The notes: generated from the letters alone by a model not told the origin. Counted from the first letter of the stretch, positions 1 through 13,341 are shown. The stretch: DNA of 64,000 nt from Hyaloraphidium curvatum SAG 235-1 (GCA_025558095.1 JAIVFI010000037.1:62001-126000), one strand, 5' to 3'. Made by a program: numbers and translations.

Positions 1-293
1 GCGCGTGCTTCCCCGCGAACAGCACCCGCGGCCTGGGGCCGGCCCCCCCCCCGGCCACGGACCCGGGGGAAGCATCGCGTGGTTCGAGCGACCTGGACAG
101 GTCCGCGGGATCGGAGCGGGACGGACCGCAGAGTGGGTCGGCCAAAACGGCCGGACAAAGCTCTTGATCTAGTACACGAATGCAAAGCTGGCGGGGCGGC
201 GCGCAAGGCCGCGGGTATCGCACCCCTCGAACGGGGGAGGTATGTACGGGTCCGAACGGTCCGACTGACGCGCCCCGTGCACGCTGCCACCGG

Positions 294-1097
294 TCACCAC
301 ACGCCGTAGTCCAGCATCTCCAGCATCTCCCTCTCTGCGGTCCTCACCGCCTCGACGGGGAACCCCCCCGCCTCGGCAAACACCCGCAGCGGCGGCCCCC
401 GCCCGTCCTCGGCAAACTTCCTCGCGAGCATGCACGAGACCACCATGACGAGGTAGTGCGTGCCCCACGAGGTGGAGGAGCGGCGCAGGCGGTCCGTCGA
501 TGCGGGTGCGCTCGTTCCCCGGGGGTAGGCGGTGCCGGATTCGAGCTTTGCCCGCAGCCTGCGGACCAGCCCGCACGCGCGCCGCAGCACGCCGTCGTCC
601 AGGCCCGCGGCGGCGGCCACCCTGTCCAGATAGCGGGCCAGCTTGTCCGCGTCGGCGTGTGCCCGCGCGAGGTGCAGCGCCAGGTCGTTTCCAGAAAGCA
701 GCCGCGGACAGCCCGGGTGCGCGCAGGCGCCGAACCAGCAGAAGTGTGCCGCCTCGAGGCACTCTGCTAGTGCGTCCGCGGGGTCCGGCTGGCGGGCGAC
801 GAGCGTGGCATCGGGGTCGTTGTCCGTTTCCGGCCACGCCGGCGGGCCCTTCCCGCCCGGCCACTCTGCCGGCTCCCCGCCCGGCGACGACGCCGCCGAG
901 TCCGCGCAGTCCGCCGCGCCGCACGCGCCGCACTCGCCGCCGCAGCTCCCCCCCGACCCGTGGGTCCGGTGCAGCCCCGAGGTGCCCCCCTGCCCCGCCC
1001 ACTCCTCCTCCTCCCCCACGGCGGGCGCAGACAGCGCGCGTATCATCGCGCGCAGCTTCTCCGCCGTCGCCGCGGGCGGCGGGTACGCGGCGTCCAT
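294..1097 (-). CDS. Cyclin-like protein (Pho80/Pcl-type cyclin box) with an upstream C2H2-like finger
   Basis: C-terminal YLVMVVSCMLARKFAED...FAEAGGFPVEAVRTAEREMLEMLDY matches a cyclin box. CAHPGC-x11-H-x4-H lies upstream. Start uncertain (ATG at 1097 or 1349). Confidence 0.65.
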   Translation of the reverse strand: MDAAYPPPAATAEKLRAMIRALSAPAVGEEEEWAGQGGTSGLHRTHGSGGSCGGECGACGAADCADSAASSPGGEPAEWPGGKGPPAWPETDNDPDATLVARQPDPADALAECLEAAHFCWFGACAHPGCPRLLSGNDLALHLARAHADADKLARYLDRVAAAAGLDDGVLRRACGLVRRLRAKLESGTAYPRGTSAPASTDRLRRSSTSWGTHYLVMVVSCMLARKFAEDGRGPPLRVFAEAGGFPVEAVRTAEREMLEMLDYGVW

Positions 1098-1942
1098 CTC
1101 CGACAGCAGGGCGGTCCGGTGCGACGTGCGCCGTTGGTGGGCGATCGGCCGACCGACGACCCAGGCTGGACCCTTGGCGGGGGGCGGCACGTCCGCCCCG
1201 ACCCTGCCTCCGTGCGGCCGCCCCCCAATAGCGCCCATCCCGCGGGAGGATGCGATCCCGACCTGGCTTGCGCCGACGAACCCCGCGGGCACCCCGCTGT
1301 CCGCGACCGTCGGCCGCCGACCGGCCGCCGTTCGGATCTTCCGCGACATGAGCCTAATCCCATCGCGGCGGCATCCCGTCCCCACGCTCCTCCCCGCGCA
1401 TCCTCCACCGCCACGCACCGTCCCCGCCCATCCTTGCATTCACCCCGTTCGCCTCCCGGCTCCGTTTCCGGCCCCCGGTGCCGCCGATCCCGCGGCAGCC
1501 CGATGCGGTTGCTCCGCCCCTCCAGCCAGCACGATCCAACCGCCGTCGCCGCCCCTCCGCACGCCGCAGCCCCCGCCCCAAGCACCCTCCCCCGCGCACG
1601 GAAACGTGCTTCCGAACCCCCGCGGGGGCGCAGCGGGCGGTAGGTGAGGGTGGGGCGAGGGAATGACTAGGCAGCCGCGCCTGGACGGTCGGGCGGCAGC
1701 CGTCGCCTCACCGAACCTCCGCGGCACGGATCGCGACACGATTGTAGATCGCACGCCGGCCCCGCCTCCGCCCGTTCCAACGTGCCCGCGCCCGGACGTC
1801 CGGTCTACGCGGCGGAAGGACGTGCGGCGGATGAAGCCCTGCATCGTCACGAATACCACAGATACCCAGCCCGCACGCCCGTCTATCGCCTCCCGTCCCG
1901 TCCTGCCTCCCTTGCCGCCCCACAACGCTCCCACGCCCCCGC

Positions 1943-4323
1943 TCACGCCAGGACGCACCCCTTCGACCCCGTCAGCCATTGTCCCCCCCGAAAGCGAGCG
2001 GCCCGCCCACCTCGTAGTTCTTCTCCTTGACCTCGGCGCACTTGGCCACGTACGGCGGGAACCCCAGCAGCGGCATGAACACCCTCGGCTTGCCCGGGAT
2101 GTTGGCGCCCAGGTACCACGAGTTGCACCCCGGGAATATCGTGAGCCCTGCGTGCGCCGTGCGGGGTCAGCCGGCGTGCGCGGAAACGCGGCGGGGGGAA
2201 CGGGTACCGGCGACCATGTTCACGTGCCCCACCCACTCCTTCTGCGCCTCCTCCGTCGCCTCGATCGTGCGCACGCCCTTGGCGTCCAGGTCCTTGATCG
2301 CGTCGGCGACCCACTCCGTGTGGTGTTCGCTGCAGCGTCCCGAGGGGGGTCAGCCGCGCGTCCCGGGGGAAACGACGCGAGCGGACCCACATGGAGGTCA
2401 GCATGTTGGTCAGCACGGACGGCGACCCCGGCCCTGCGATGTGGTACACTGCCCCGCCGGCCGCGCGTCAGCCCCCGCACGGCGCGCAAGGGCGCGGACC
2501 CACTGTTGGGGAACCCGTGGATGAACAGGCCGAGGTAGTTCACCGGCCCCGCCTCCCACTCCTGTTTGAGCGTGCGCCCTTCGCGCCCGACGATGTTGAT
2601 CTTGTCCAGGCTCCCCGTCATCGCGTCGAACCCGATCGCGAACACGATCGCGTCGAACGGCCCGTATTCGCTCCCGTCCTTCAGCACGATCTTGCCGTCC
2701 GCGCCGCCGGTTTTGGCGATCGGGTTGTCCTTGATGCTCACGAGGGAGACGTTCGGGCGGTTGTAGGTGATGTAGTAGTCCGTGTCGACGCAGAGGCGTT
2801 TGCAGAAGACGGGGTGCGAGGGGAGGAGCTTCTCGGCGACGGAGGGGTCCTTGACGAGGGACTTGACTGGGTGTGGTCGGCGCGGGTCAGCGGCCTTTCG
2901 GTAGCGACGGAGCGGTGCGGAAACGCACTTTTCCTATGGAAATAACCTTTCACGTACTTGGGAAATCGGTTTGGGAAGGGAGGGAGGACCGGTCAGTTGT
3001 GCGGGAGGCGGTCCGCCGCCCGGCCGCGACCCACGTCGTTGCACACGGGGTTGAACACCAGGTCCGTGAAGCACGTGCCGAAGCTGAGCCCCCCGATGGC
3101 CCAGAACTTGTCCAAATGCGCGTCCAGCTCCTCCTTGGGCACCTCGTCGAACGCCTTCTCGGGCACGGGGAACGACCCGGCGCCGAACCCGGACTCGGCG
3201 GACTTCTTGCACAGCTCGGCGTAGTCCACCTTCTGGTTCCGGACCTCCTCCTCGGTGAGCTTGCGGTTGTACGCGGGGGCGGTGTAGGTCGGGGTGCGCT
3301 GGAAGACCGTGAGGTGCTCGGCCTGCTGCGCGATGATGGGGATCGACTGGACCGCCGACTGCCCCGCCGTCCGGACCGTCAGCGACACCTTCCCACCCGC
3401 AGGCCGCGGTTGGGACCCACCGATCCCGTGCCGATCACCGCCACCTTCTTCCCGGTAAAGTCGACCCCCTCGCGCGGCCACTGCCCCGTGTGGTAGAACT
3501 CGCCCTTGTACTCGTCCAGCCCCTCGAATTTGGGCACCTGCGGCGCGCTGAGGCACCCCGTGGCCAGGACGAGGTGCCGGCCGCGGTGCTCCTCGGGGAC
3601 CTTGTCCTTGCCGCGGAGCAGCTTGATCGTCCACACCTTGTCCTTCTCGTCCCAGATGCAATCGGTAATGTTGGATTCGAACTGCACCAGCGGGGCGAGC
3701 TTCCAGCGCGCCATGAGGTACTCTATGTACTCCATGAGCTCGGGCTGCGGGGCGTAGACCTCCTTGAAGGACCACTCCTTGTACAGCTCGGGGTCGTGCT
3801 TCATGGTGTAGTCGGCGGATATCACGTCGACGCGGGCGCCGGGGTAGCGGTTCCAGTTCCAGGTCTGCCGCGGGGGAAGGCGGGAAGCGCCGGGGGAGCG
3901 GGTCGGGACGGTACGGGGATCAGGAAAACGGATCACGGGGATCGGCGCGGCCTGGGGGCCGCCGCCCGGGGGGAAACCCACCCCGCCCGGCTTGTCCGAC
4001 CGCTCGAAGACGCGGACGTTCTTGCCGTCGATGTTGTGCATGCGGTGGGCCTGCAGCATACCGGAAAAGCCTGCGCCGACGATGAGCTGCGTTGCCGGGG
4101 CCGGGGAGGAGCGGGGAGCGGCGGAAATCGGCGGTCGGGAGCGTCAATCGTCGAGAAAAGGGGTCGAAGGGGCAGACGACGCGTGGATGGGGGCCGATTG
4201 CGGTGCCGGGTGACATCCGATGCCGCGGGTTCGAGCGGTCCGTCAGCACGCCGGCCTTCGCGGAGGGCAGCGGAGGCGACGCACCGCATCGTAGACGGTT
4301 TCCTTCGCGTCCTCCTTGGCCAT
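1943..4323 (-). CDS. Baeyer-Villiger monooxygenase (cyclohexanone/phenylacetone monooxygenase family), multi-exon
   Basis: Spliced DALIVGAGFSG, GGTWNWNRYPGARVD, BVMO fingerprint YKGEFYHTGQWP, VAVIGTG, VFQRTP, FAIGFDA and SWYLGANIPGKPR. GT-AG introns restore the frame. Confidence 0.93.
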
Positions 4324-4851
4324 GGCGGCGGTTCGCCTTCGCTACAGGGGGTGGGAGACTCTGTTGTCGTCGGAGAGTGCGCGGACGTTGCGCCGCGGGC
4401 CGAGGGCGCCGCCGAAGGGACCAAACCCGATCGGTGGGAACTGTCTGCAGCCTAGGTGGCAAGTCGTTCCTTCACTTTTGCCCAACACGCTGACCAGATC
4501 CGATTGTTTGGATGGACTCGAAGTGACCGAGGGCCGATCTCGGTGCAGGGGCGAAGTTGCGGGCGGCATAGGGAGCAGGTGCCGATTGCCTGGGAACAGA
4601 AAACATGGCCATCAAGTATTACTGGAATGCAATCCATCTCTTTTCCAATAATTTGAAGAGCTGAGGCGGTGAAGTGACCCCGCGCAGGCCGGTCGGTCCG
4701 GTCGGTCCGTTCAACCCCTGGATCCATAAACAAACGCCCAATTCCGGACGCATCGCGGACGCCTGCCGCTCCAAGGCCCGAGCACGGCCTTCAGCGGGAA
4801 AAGGCGTCAACCGTCACGCGCTCGGGGGCTAGAACCGGCGGCTGCATCGCC

Positions 4852-7800
4852 ATGGATTCCCCTGCCTCGCTCCCGTGGCCGGGCGGCTCCTCGGCCCTCC
4901 CCCCTTTCGCATCCCACGCCAACCGTGCCCTGGCGGAGGAAATCGACACCAAGCAAGCCGAGCTGGACCGGCTGCTGGGGCTGGTGGAAGACCAGACGGC
5001 CCGCGAGCGGAGGATGGCGGCCTACGCGGCCCGCGTGCGCGCCGAGAACGGCGAGGCGAGGAAGCTCATCGAGGTCCGGAGGAGGGAGGTGGACGAGGAG
5101 ATGGAGAGGACGGGGGAGGCGGCGGCGGAAAGCTCGAGGCTCGAGAGGGAGCTGGCGGACTTGGCGCGCGGGATCTCGAAGGCGGACGCGCAGGTGGGCC
5201 ATTGCAGCCGGAGGTGCTCCCCGGCCCAGTGGACGACAGATTCCCTTTTGCAGGTCAAGGAGCTCCAGGACAAGATTGCCGTTCGCCGACGGCAATCGGA
5301 CGCCCTCGGACAGGCGGCCGAGGCGACAAAGGACGAGCTCGGCGAGGCGCTCGACATCCAGCGCCTTCGCGACGAGCAGGAGGCCGCGTACCGGGAGAAG
5401 CAGAAGCAGATCCCGAAGGAGATGGAGTGCAAGTTCCGAGATATCCAGGACATAGATTCCGAGGTGGCCGAGCTGGAGAACCGGTGCTTCGAGGAGGTGA
5501 GCGGTCCAAGGCAGTCTTGGGATTGGCCGGCTCACATCGCGCTCAGGAATCCACCGCTCAGTCCCTGCGGAACACCCTCGCGGTCCTCGTCTCCCGCCTG
5601 TCCCATCTCCGTGCGCACAAGGCCTCGCTCGTGGAGCAGTGGCAGTCCCAGGTCTCGGCCCTTTCCACGGTCGACTCGCTCATTCACTCGACCGAGGCGT
5701 GGCTGGAAGATGCCCGCGCAGAGGTGCACGGGAGGATGGTCGAGGTCAAGAGGGCGGAGCAGAGGCTGCAGCGGGACGCCCAGGTTCTGGAAAAGGTCGA
5801 GATGCCCGCGCTGTCCCGCAAGGAGCGGGAGCTCCGCGACGCACGGAACAAGCTGGCCACCGTGCTGCGCCTGGTCGGCAGCCAAAAGTCCGAGCTCCAG
5901 ACACTGTCCTCCGCAATGGAAAGGAGCGGCAAGGATCTGAGCAGCGTGCGGGAGCTCAACTCGCGGAAGCGCAGGGGCCTCAACGAACTGGAGCACCACG
6001 TGATCCCGACCTTGGAAGACAAGATCGCTGCCATCGAAGCCGACATCCAGTGCAGCGAGACAAAACGGGCCGAGGAAGCTAAGGTGGTCGAAGGTTTGGA
6101 GGCCCTGGTGTCGAGCGAGGAAGCTCGGCTGGCCGAGCTCGAGGGAGACCTCGCGTCCGCCAAGGAGCAGCACCGCGACTTCTTGCAGGAGGCAGACCGC
6201 TTGAGGCAGGACGAGAAGCGCATTCTGTCCGAGGTTGCTGCCGGCGAAACTGCGATCCAAAAGGTCGACAAGCAGATTTCCAGGTGACCAATCGTCGGTC
6301 AAGCGCTACATGCTGGAGGCTGACATGCCCAATCAGCATCCTCAAGGACATCGAAACCCAGGAAGCGCTGATGTACGGCCACGAACTCGCCTCCCTCGAG
6401 CTACGCCGAAGCATGAGGCAGCTGCGCGGCCTGGATCTCCTGGATGCCGATCTCGAAATCCTCTCTGCCCGCATCAAGGAGCTCGGGCTGACCCTCAATG
6501 ACGACACTGGGAGACTGAAGAAGCTCCGGGACGAGTGCGTGACCATCGCCGGGCAGGTCTCGAAACAGGAAGGCCGGCTGTCGGGCGTCAAGGCCGAGCT
6601 GGAATCGTCAACGTGCAAATCCAAGGAACTCGATCTCGAGTGCTCCGCTCTCTCTCGTGAGCTCGCTCAGAAAGCACGCGAGCGCGAGACGCTGCTGGTG
6701 GAGCTGGCCATGACCAAGCTCCATCTCCGGCGACTTGAGGAGCGAAAGGCACTCGGCGAGGCCGACCTGGGCAGCTTCGCGGAGCGCATGGCACAGGCCC
6801 AGGCGGCTTTCGAAGAGAAGCGGGAGGAGCTCGAAGCTGAACTTAGCCGGCTGCGGAGCGCAGTCGCAAAAGCAGAGGAAGCAAAGTCGGAAACCCAACG
6901 ATTGGTTGCAACCGAAAGGCTGAATATGGACAAGCTGAAAAGGAGATGGGAGCTCCTTACGACGAAGCTTGAAGGCTTCCGCGAGCGTGCTGGAACATCG
7001 GACGGGTACAAATGGGAAGGTGCCACGGATGAGGACATGGCAGCAGAGTCAGAGCGCATCCAAAGGTCTCTCGCCGAAGACGTTGCGAGGCAGAAACAGG
7101 AGCTCCTAGATGCCCAGGCGAACCTCCGCGAGCAAACCGCCGAGGTCGAGGCACAGATCGCCAAGCTTCGAATCACGCTGGCGGAGACCAGGGCGGCCAA
7201 TGTCGTCTGGAAGAAACAGATGGAAATGCGCGGGGTGTCTGAGAAGACGGTTGAAGTCCGAAACGGGCTCGAAAAGCAGCTGCAGGATACCGTTGCTTTC
7301 ATGAACTCGCGCCGGGCCAAACTCAGGGAGCTGGAGGACGAGCTTCGGGAAATCCAGGTGTCCGTGACGGATTGGGAGCTCAAGAGAGAAGAAATCCAGC
7401 GGGATCGTTTGGTGGAAGAGACGAACGTGGCCAAGCTGGAGAGGGAAGCCAGCGATGGTCTCGAAAAGCTCGCCCGCGCAAAGGCAGCAGCGTCTCGCGC
7501 AATGGGCTCTTCCACGACCGCTAGAGTTCGCTTGGGCATTCGCATCCTGCGGGAGGCCAAGAAGGATCTTGGCGAGAGGATGCTGCACGCTCTCTCGCTT
7601 TCGGATGACACTCCGTTCGATCCGGCAAGCACCTCGAGGTGGCTCAACGTGCTTCGCGAGGCCGGGATCGGGCAACCAGAGAGCCGCAGAAGCACTGTAG
7701 CGCCAAGGTCTCAGGGCTTCTCCAAAGGATCGGTGGCACGGAGTAGGGCGAGCGGCTCGGCTGCGCAGGCGCCCCGTCCCGCCAGCCCTTCGGTGGTTCG

Positions 7801-8041
7801 TTTCCCCTCCAATCCAGATCAACTCGTGAAGTCGAGATCACAAGATCGCATTCGCACGCCCCCAAGGCGGCCAAGCACGACGTCCACGGTGCCGGCGCTC
7901 AGAAACTCGCGCGCGGCGACCCCTTCGGGGGCCGCGCTGTCGGTGGTTCCAGCTCAGACAAAGATCCTAGGAAGCACGGATAGCATGACCCTGGCAGGCC
8001 GATCCATCCCTGGATCACGGGGCTCCAAGGCGGAAATGTAG
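4852..8041 (+). CDS. CCDC39: Long coiled-coil protein, probable divergent CCDC39/FAP59 (axonemal 96-nm ruler)
   Basis: About 1000 aa of coiled coil over 4 exons (introns ~5193-5253, ~5497-5547, ~6283-6337). N-terminal LPPFASHANRALAEEI and central LRAHKASLVEQWQ resemble CCDC39. Ser/Pro-rich tail. Confidence 0.6.
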
Positions 8042-8213
8042 AACAAACTGAGCAATCTGAAGCAGACAGCGACTTCTAGTACGTTAAACAGCCCAGACAC
8101 AGTTCCTTGCGTTTGGCCGCCTACCCCAAAACCTACATTCGGTACAAGAGGCAAGAACGTGACGGCATTCTAGGCGGCGGGCGTGTAGCCTTCCTCGATC
8201 TGACGTTCCGCGA

Positions 8214-9570
8214 TCAGTAGCCACTCCACTCAGATCGGCCGCCCTTACCCACCATTTTCGAGATCTCCTCGACCGTCTTCTCGGCATCGGCACCTTCGAA
8301 CTCAAAGGTCTTGACCCCGACGACGGCACCCGTGGAGTCGGTTGTGGTCTGGGTGACGGTTGCCTTGACCCACTCCAGCGTCCGATCCGGGCCGTACTTT
8401 CGCCGCTTCTTCATCGTGTAGTCTGCGCAGATGCGGTTGATCAGACTTGGCCGCAATCAGATACGACTGTACTCACGGTGAACGGAGGGTGCGAAAGTCT
8501 TTTCGAGAACAGCTTTGACGTCCTGCAGGTCATTCGTAAAGTCCACGCGCGATGAAAGCAAGAGACATTTCCCACCGCAGGGATCCCCTTGACGGTCTCG
8601 CCGAGCCTCTCCTTCTCCGCCGGGGTCAGCGACGCGAGTGCGTCCTTGACCATCTTGGAGTCCTTGCCCTTGACGCCCTCCGTCACCTTCTCCAGAACGC
8701 TGGGGGGAAGGGCGTCCTTGATGTCTTGGGCCCAAACCGGAAGGCCGCCGTCCGCTCCGCCGGCAACGTCGCTCCCGACCACGAGCTTTGCCCATCCGGG
8801 AACGTCCTCGTGGTGATCCGATTCGACCTCGCCCCCGGCGGGCCCGAAACCGCCTCCACGAGCCAGCGCCATTCTCTTTTCGCTTTCCGCAGCGGCCGCA
8901 GCGGATTGGGCTTGGACGGTGGCAGGGTCATTGAGGAGGCCCGGAGCAGGCGAGCGTGAGATGTTGACAGGTCCAAGCTTCTTGAAGGCCGCAACGATGG
9001 CAGCGTTGGAGGGGTCCGATGGATTCTCGGCGCGGAACCAGTGATCCAGATCCTTCCTGGAATAGGCAAGAAGGCAAATGAGAGGCGCAATGCCGAACGC
9101 GTGCCGGTGAGCCTTTTGCTGGACAGGGGTCGAGGAAGCCGCGCCAAGCTCACCCTTCGGGCTTGCCCTCGTTCTCCCACTATCATTGTCGATGAAAAGA
9201 GGATGAAACGGGAAGAAAGGACCACGCCAAGGAGCGAATGGAGATAACGCCACTGGTGAGCGTGCGCCCGCAACCGCGCTTTCCATTCCACCCACGAGGA
9301 AGTAAGCTGCCACCTGATGGTCGTACTGTGCGGTGAGGTTGACGATTCGAGGCGATTCCATTGTTCACATCGGCACGGTGTGGTTGCGGTCGTCCGAGCC
9401 CGGCGCGCGTCGGCGACGTTCGGAAGCGAGAATGCAGGCGAACGGGCGTCAAATCTGCCCGCGAAAGCAAAGCATCGCGTTGAACGCACGAAGTCCATGA
9501 CGACCTTGTCGTCGGTGACATCCTTGACGTGCGCAATGAGCGCCTCCTCGGGTGAAAGCGGAGCCGCCAT
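8214..9570 (-). CDS. Uncharacterised multi-exon protein with small 5' exons
   Basis: ATG at 9570 (MAAPLSPEEALIAHVKDVTDDKVVMDF), canonical introns, coding-like ORFs 8441-9361 and 8214-8456. Confidence 0.55.
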
Positions 9571-10264
9571 GGCGTCGTGACAACACGGGCTGCCGCGGCG
9601 TTCAGGACGTTCGTGACGCGTCGGTGAGGGGCTTCGGCAAATGTAGCGTCAGCATTCACCTCCCGATGGGGGACTTTGGAGGGTAACGAGGGCTATCGCG
9701 TCGCCCGAAACTGCTCGGGGTCTTTGCGAGCGCGCCGCACCATCAGGGTGCACCGCCGCTTCCATCCCCGAACTCTGGGATTGTTGGCATGTTGGCTCAG
9801 ACGGCATGAATTTGATCTTCACAAGTCTCCATAGCTGTCTCTTCGCACTTGAAGACGTTTGTCTTGTCCCAGACGATCCGCCGGACAAGGATGGCTCTCC
9901 AATCCAGACAAGCATCAACGAAGAATCAAGGGAAAGAGAAGACTGCTTAATCTAGCTGAAACGGTACAAGTGTCATGGTCCTATTGATGGATGTGGCAAG
10001 GTCAAGCACAGGTGGCGAAAGAGGGCTTGATCGGGACGCCGGCTCGCAAATAATCCCGGGCCCCCCGGAGTCTCGCTTCTGCCTTTCCCCCTCCGCGGCA
10101 GCTCAGTGCTTCTGTTCCTAGTGCTCTTTTTGCCGTCTCGCACAGCTTCTGGAGCGCATTTCTCTCCAGAGCGCCCGTGGTCGCCCCGTGGTCGCCCTCG
10201 CAACGAGCCGGCGCGACGAGTTGGACAAACGCACAGCGACCTTCCTTCTGCCCACCAAATCACA

Positions 10265-11800
10265 ATGTCCGTGGAGGCGGGCGGTGAAGGACAGCGCGTC
10301 ATTGACGAGCTGTTTGTTCCCATCGACCTGGACTCTTTCGCTCGCTGGGCGCGGCCTCGCATCCCCGGCTTCAAAGGCCCTTTGACTGCCAAGCAGTTCT
10401 CCAAGGGGCTCTCAAACCCGAAGTACCTCATCACGGACGAGGGCACAGGAGACCGCTATGTTGTCAAGCGCAAGCCTCCAGGAAAGCTCCTCATCGAGAC
10501 CGCTCACCAAGTCGACCGCGAGTTCCGCGTCTTGGACGCGCTCGGCCGCCACGCTCCCGACGTTCCTATCCCCAAGGTTTACGGCCTGTGGGCTTTCTTA
10601 CGCTGCGGCTGCAGTTGGTGAAGGCACTGACAGCGTTGTCTCCCACGATGTTTCTCAGCTGCGAGGACGACAGCGTCATCGGTGCCACGTTCTTTGTCAT
10701 GGAGTTCTGCCCTGGGCGCGTGTTCCAGGACCGCCCAAGTGCGTTATCCCCGCCGAGCTCTGACCTCGCCGTGTCTCACTCGGGGCTCTCGAAGCGCTCA
10801 CCCACCTTCCCCCGAACGAGCGGCGCGAGTGCATGATGGACTTCATTCGCAGCATGGCCAAGCTTCACAAGGCGGACCCCGTCCAGATCGGGCTCTATGG
10901 CCAGAAGGGCTACACGAAGATGGGAAACGGCTACCGTGAGTCGGTGCTTGTTTTGCATTAGCGCAGCGTCCCTAATGGTCCCCACGTTGGATGACCTTGT
11001 GTTTTCTGCCCTGCTGGTCGACTTCTCGCCGTGTAGCACGCCAGATGGCCACCTGGCTCCGCTCTGAGCAGGCCTACCTTGCGGCCATGAAGCGCTGGAA
11101 CGACCCGACGGCCAAGGACTGGGAGATTCAGGGTCACGATCAACTGATTGACTGGATGAACAAGAACCTGGTCAAGGACGAGATTGCCTGTATGCACGGT
11201 GATCTTGGCCTACACAACGTGGTAAGTACTCCGCGATGCTCGGTGCCGTTGTTTGGCTGACCCGGGCGTTCTCAGATCTTCCACCCGACGCGCCCCAAGC
11301 TCAGGGCAATGCTCGACTGGGAAAACTGCACCATCGCCCATCCTCTCTCGGTTTGTCGTTGAGTCAGCCACATTTTGGCGGAAGCTCATCGCTGGTCTTT
11401 CAGGATCTTGCCACGATCATCGGTTCGTACTACAAGCCTTCGTTCGAGCTGCCCGAAGGTTTCCCGACGACGGACGAGCTGATGAAGGCCTACTGCGCCG
11501 AGGTCGGCAGGCCTTACCCCATTCCTGGTTGGTCTGCTGCGCTGCAGCGTAATGTTTGAGGCCTAATCGCGTTTTCGCCAAGGGTTCAACTTCTGCCTCA
11601 CATGGAACGCCGTCAAGCTCATGATCCAGCTTCAGGGCATCTGGGCACGGTCGCTGGACCCGCAGCAGCGTTCGCCCGAGTCGCAGACCGATGCGAGCAA
11701 GCTGCTGCCCGGGTTCCGGCGTTGGAATGCCCTGGCTCTTGAGTTCTCGGGCCTCGGGCCGGCGTACGACGACAGCAAGGAGATAAAGGTCCGCCTGTAA
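10265..11800 (+). CDS. Aminoglycoside-phosphotransferase-family protein (stand-alone ACAD10/11 N-terminal kinase-like domain)
   Basis: QFSKGLSNPKY, VVKRKPPGKLL..AHQVDREFRVL, FFVMEFCPGRVF, HGDLGLHN, LDWE and HPLSDLA motifs across exons. Ends ...KEIKVRL-TAA. Confidence 0.9.
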
Positions 11801-12064
11801 AGTCGAACAGTGTGAGCAAGGAGAATTGGAGGGTGGCGCTTTCAGATTTCTCCTTGTTTGAACGTCGAGATCTGCGGTTTGGGCGGCGCGAAGGCGGCGC
11901 ACGAAGTACTGTTGTTCCCTGGCTCCTGCTCTTCCGCCTATTCCCTCGTCCGGTGGCGCGTATTGAGGGCCTCCCGCTGCCTTTTGCCTGTTGTTAACGG
12001 CCATTCACGACGCCGTCGGCCGGAGGACGCGCACGACGGCCCTTTGGGGTTCCTGTTGCTGAGG

Positions 12065-13341
12065 ATGGAGAATGGCCATGATTTCGAGGACATGTCGATG
12101 GCAACGGACGCGGAGCTGGATCAGATGCTCGGGGAGGCTCTCGGCTTGCCACCTGGAGGCATTCCGGGGCTCTCGGACGCTCCAGTCCTCATGAAGGGGG
12201 ACGCGTTGCTCGCTGGCCCCGACTCTTCCGTCATGCTCGACGACCTACAGCAGCTTCAGAATCAGTTGCTAGCGCTCCAACCGCAGCCCAATGCACGGAC
12301 GGTCGGATCTTCGCAAATGATCCGCGGCGACCCAAACATAGGAGCGGGGACGCGATTGGGACCGGCAGCACCGATTATGGAACAGAACTTCTTGGCCCCG
12401 CCGAAGCAGACCTACGGGCATCAGTCTGGGACGGGCTTGGCGGGCCAAGCCTCCGCCGGGGGCATTTGGGCCGGGAAACTGGCAACCGCCCAGGGCGCTT
12501 TCGCCAACGTCCTCGCCCGGGTCTTGATTACCAAGGACCGACCGGCTCCTGCTTTGGAAGAGTAGTGGGTAAACATTTGCGGCGTATACTGTCCGACAAG
12601 TTGACGAGAGTCGCCCTCAGTGTCCTCCAGCGCTGGCCAACGTCCAACATTCTGCAGATCACCTCCTTCCACGCGGTCAACTCGAGCGACCTTCAGCTTC
12701 TCATCTCTAGAACTCAGTGTCCTCTGTTAGAGCTTGTTCCTATGTTCTCCAGTGCCGGTGATCTGCCTTCTGACGTGGATCCGGCATCGCCGAGGCAAGC
12801 CTGGGAACAGTTTCAAAACGAGATGATGAACGGACGTCTGGTGAGAACCACTGTGTTGGGCACCTTGTTGCTTCGCTTACTTCTGTCCCGCCAGATCGCG
12901 GTTGTTCCTTTCCCCGGCTCGATGTCGAGGACGCCGGAGGGTCTCGTGCTCTTTGCGCAACCCAACCGGATCTTTGCGGGTTGCTTTGTTGGACCTCGTT
13001 ACGCTCCTTTGCCGCACCTTGTGGGACCGAGCGTTCTTTTGAACTTCCAGCAGGCGCAGCAGCGCCTTCTTTCGCAGATGGGCGGACCGGGTCCGCGGCG
13101 TACCAACTCGCTGCCCGACGAACGGACCATCGGGCCCGCGGAACCGCGGTTCGCACCTCCGAACCCTTCAGCTCTAGCGATTCCGCGTCAGAACACTTCC
13201 CAGAGTGCTGCGGAAGCGACGATCGCGAACGATCTTCTCGCGGACTCGGACCTGGCGGTCGTCATCCGTAGCTGGCCTTCGCTCTCTTATGAGACAAAGG
13301 CCGCGATTCTCGCTGTTGTAAGGGCTGCTGGTGGCCGGTAA
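12065..13341 (+). CDS. Uncharacterised nuclear-type protein with a SPOC/Med25-ACID-like beta-barrel region
   Basis: IWAGKL...WP..LQIT...FQNEMMNGRL-IAVVPFP...LVLF...FAGCF pattern, flanked by Q/P/G-rich disordered regions. Two predicted introns. Confidence 0.45.

Noticed and set aside
1440-1942. Extension of the BVMO into ORF 1440-1979
   Set aside because: A nearer acceptor after GCTGAC gives a normal ending (NYE-GCVLA-stop at 1943).
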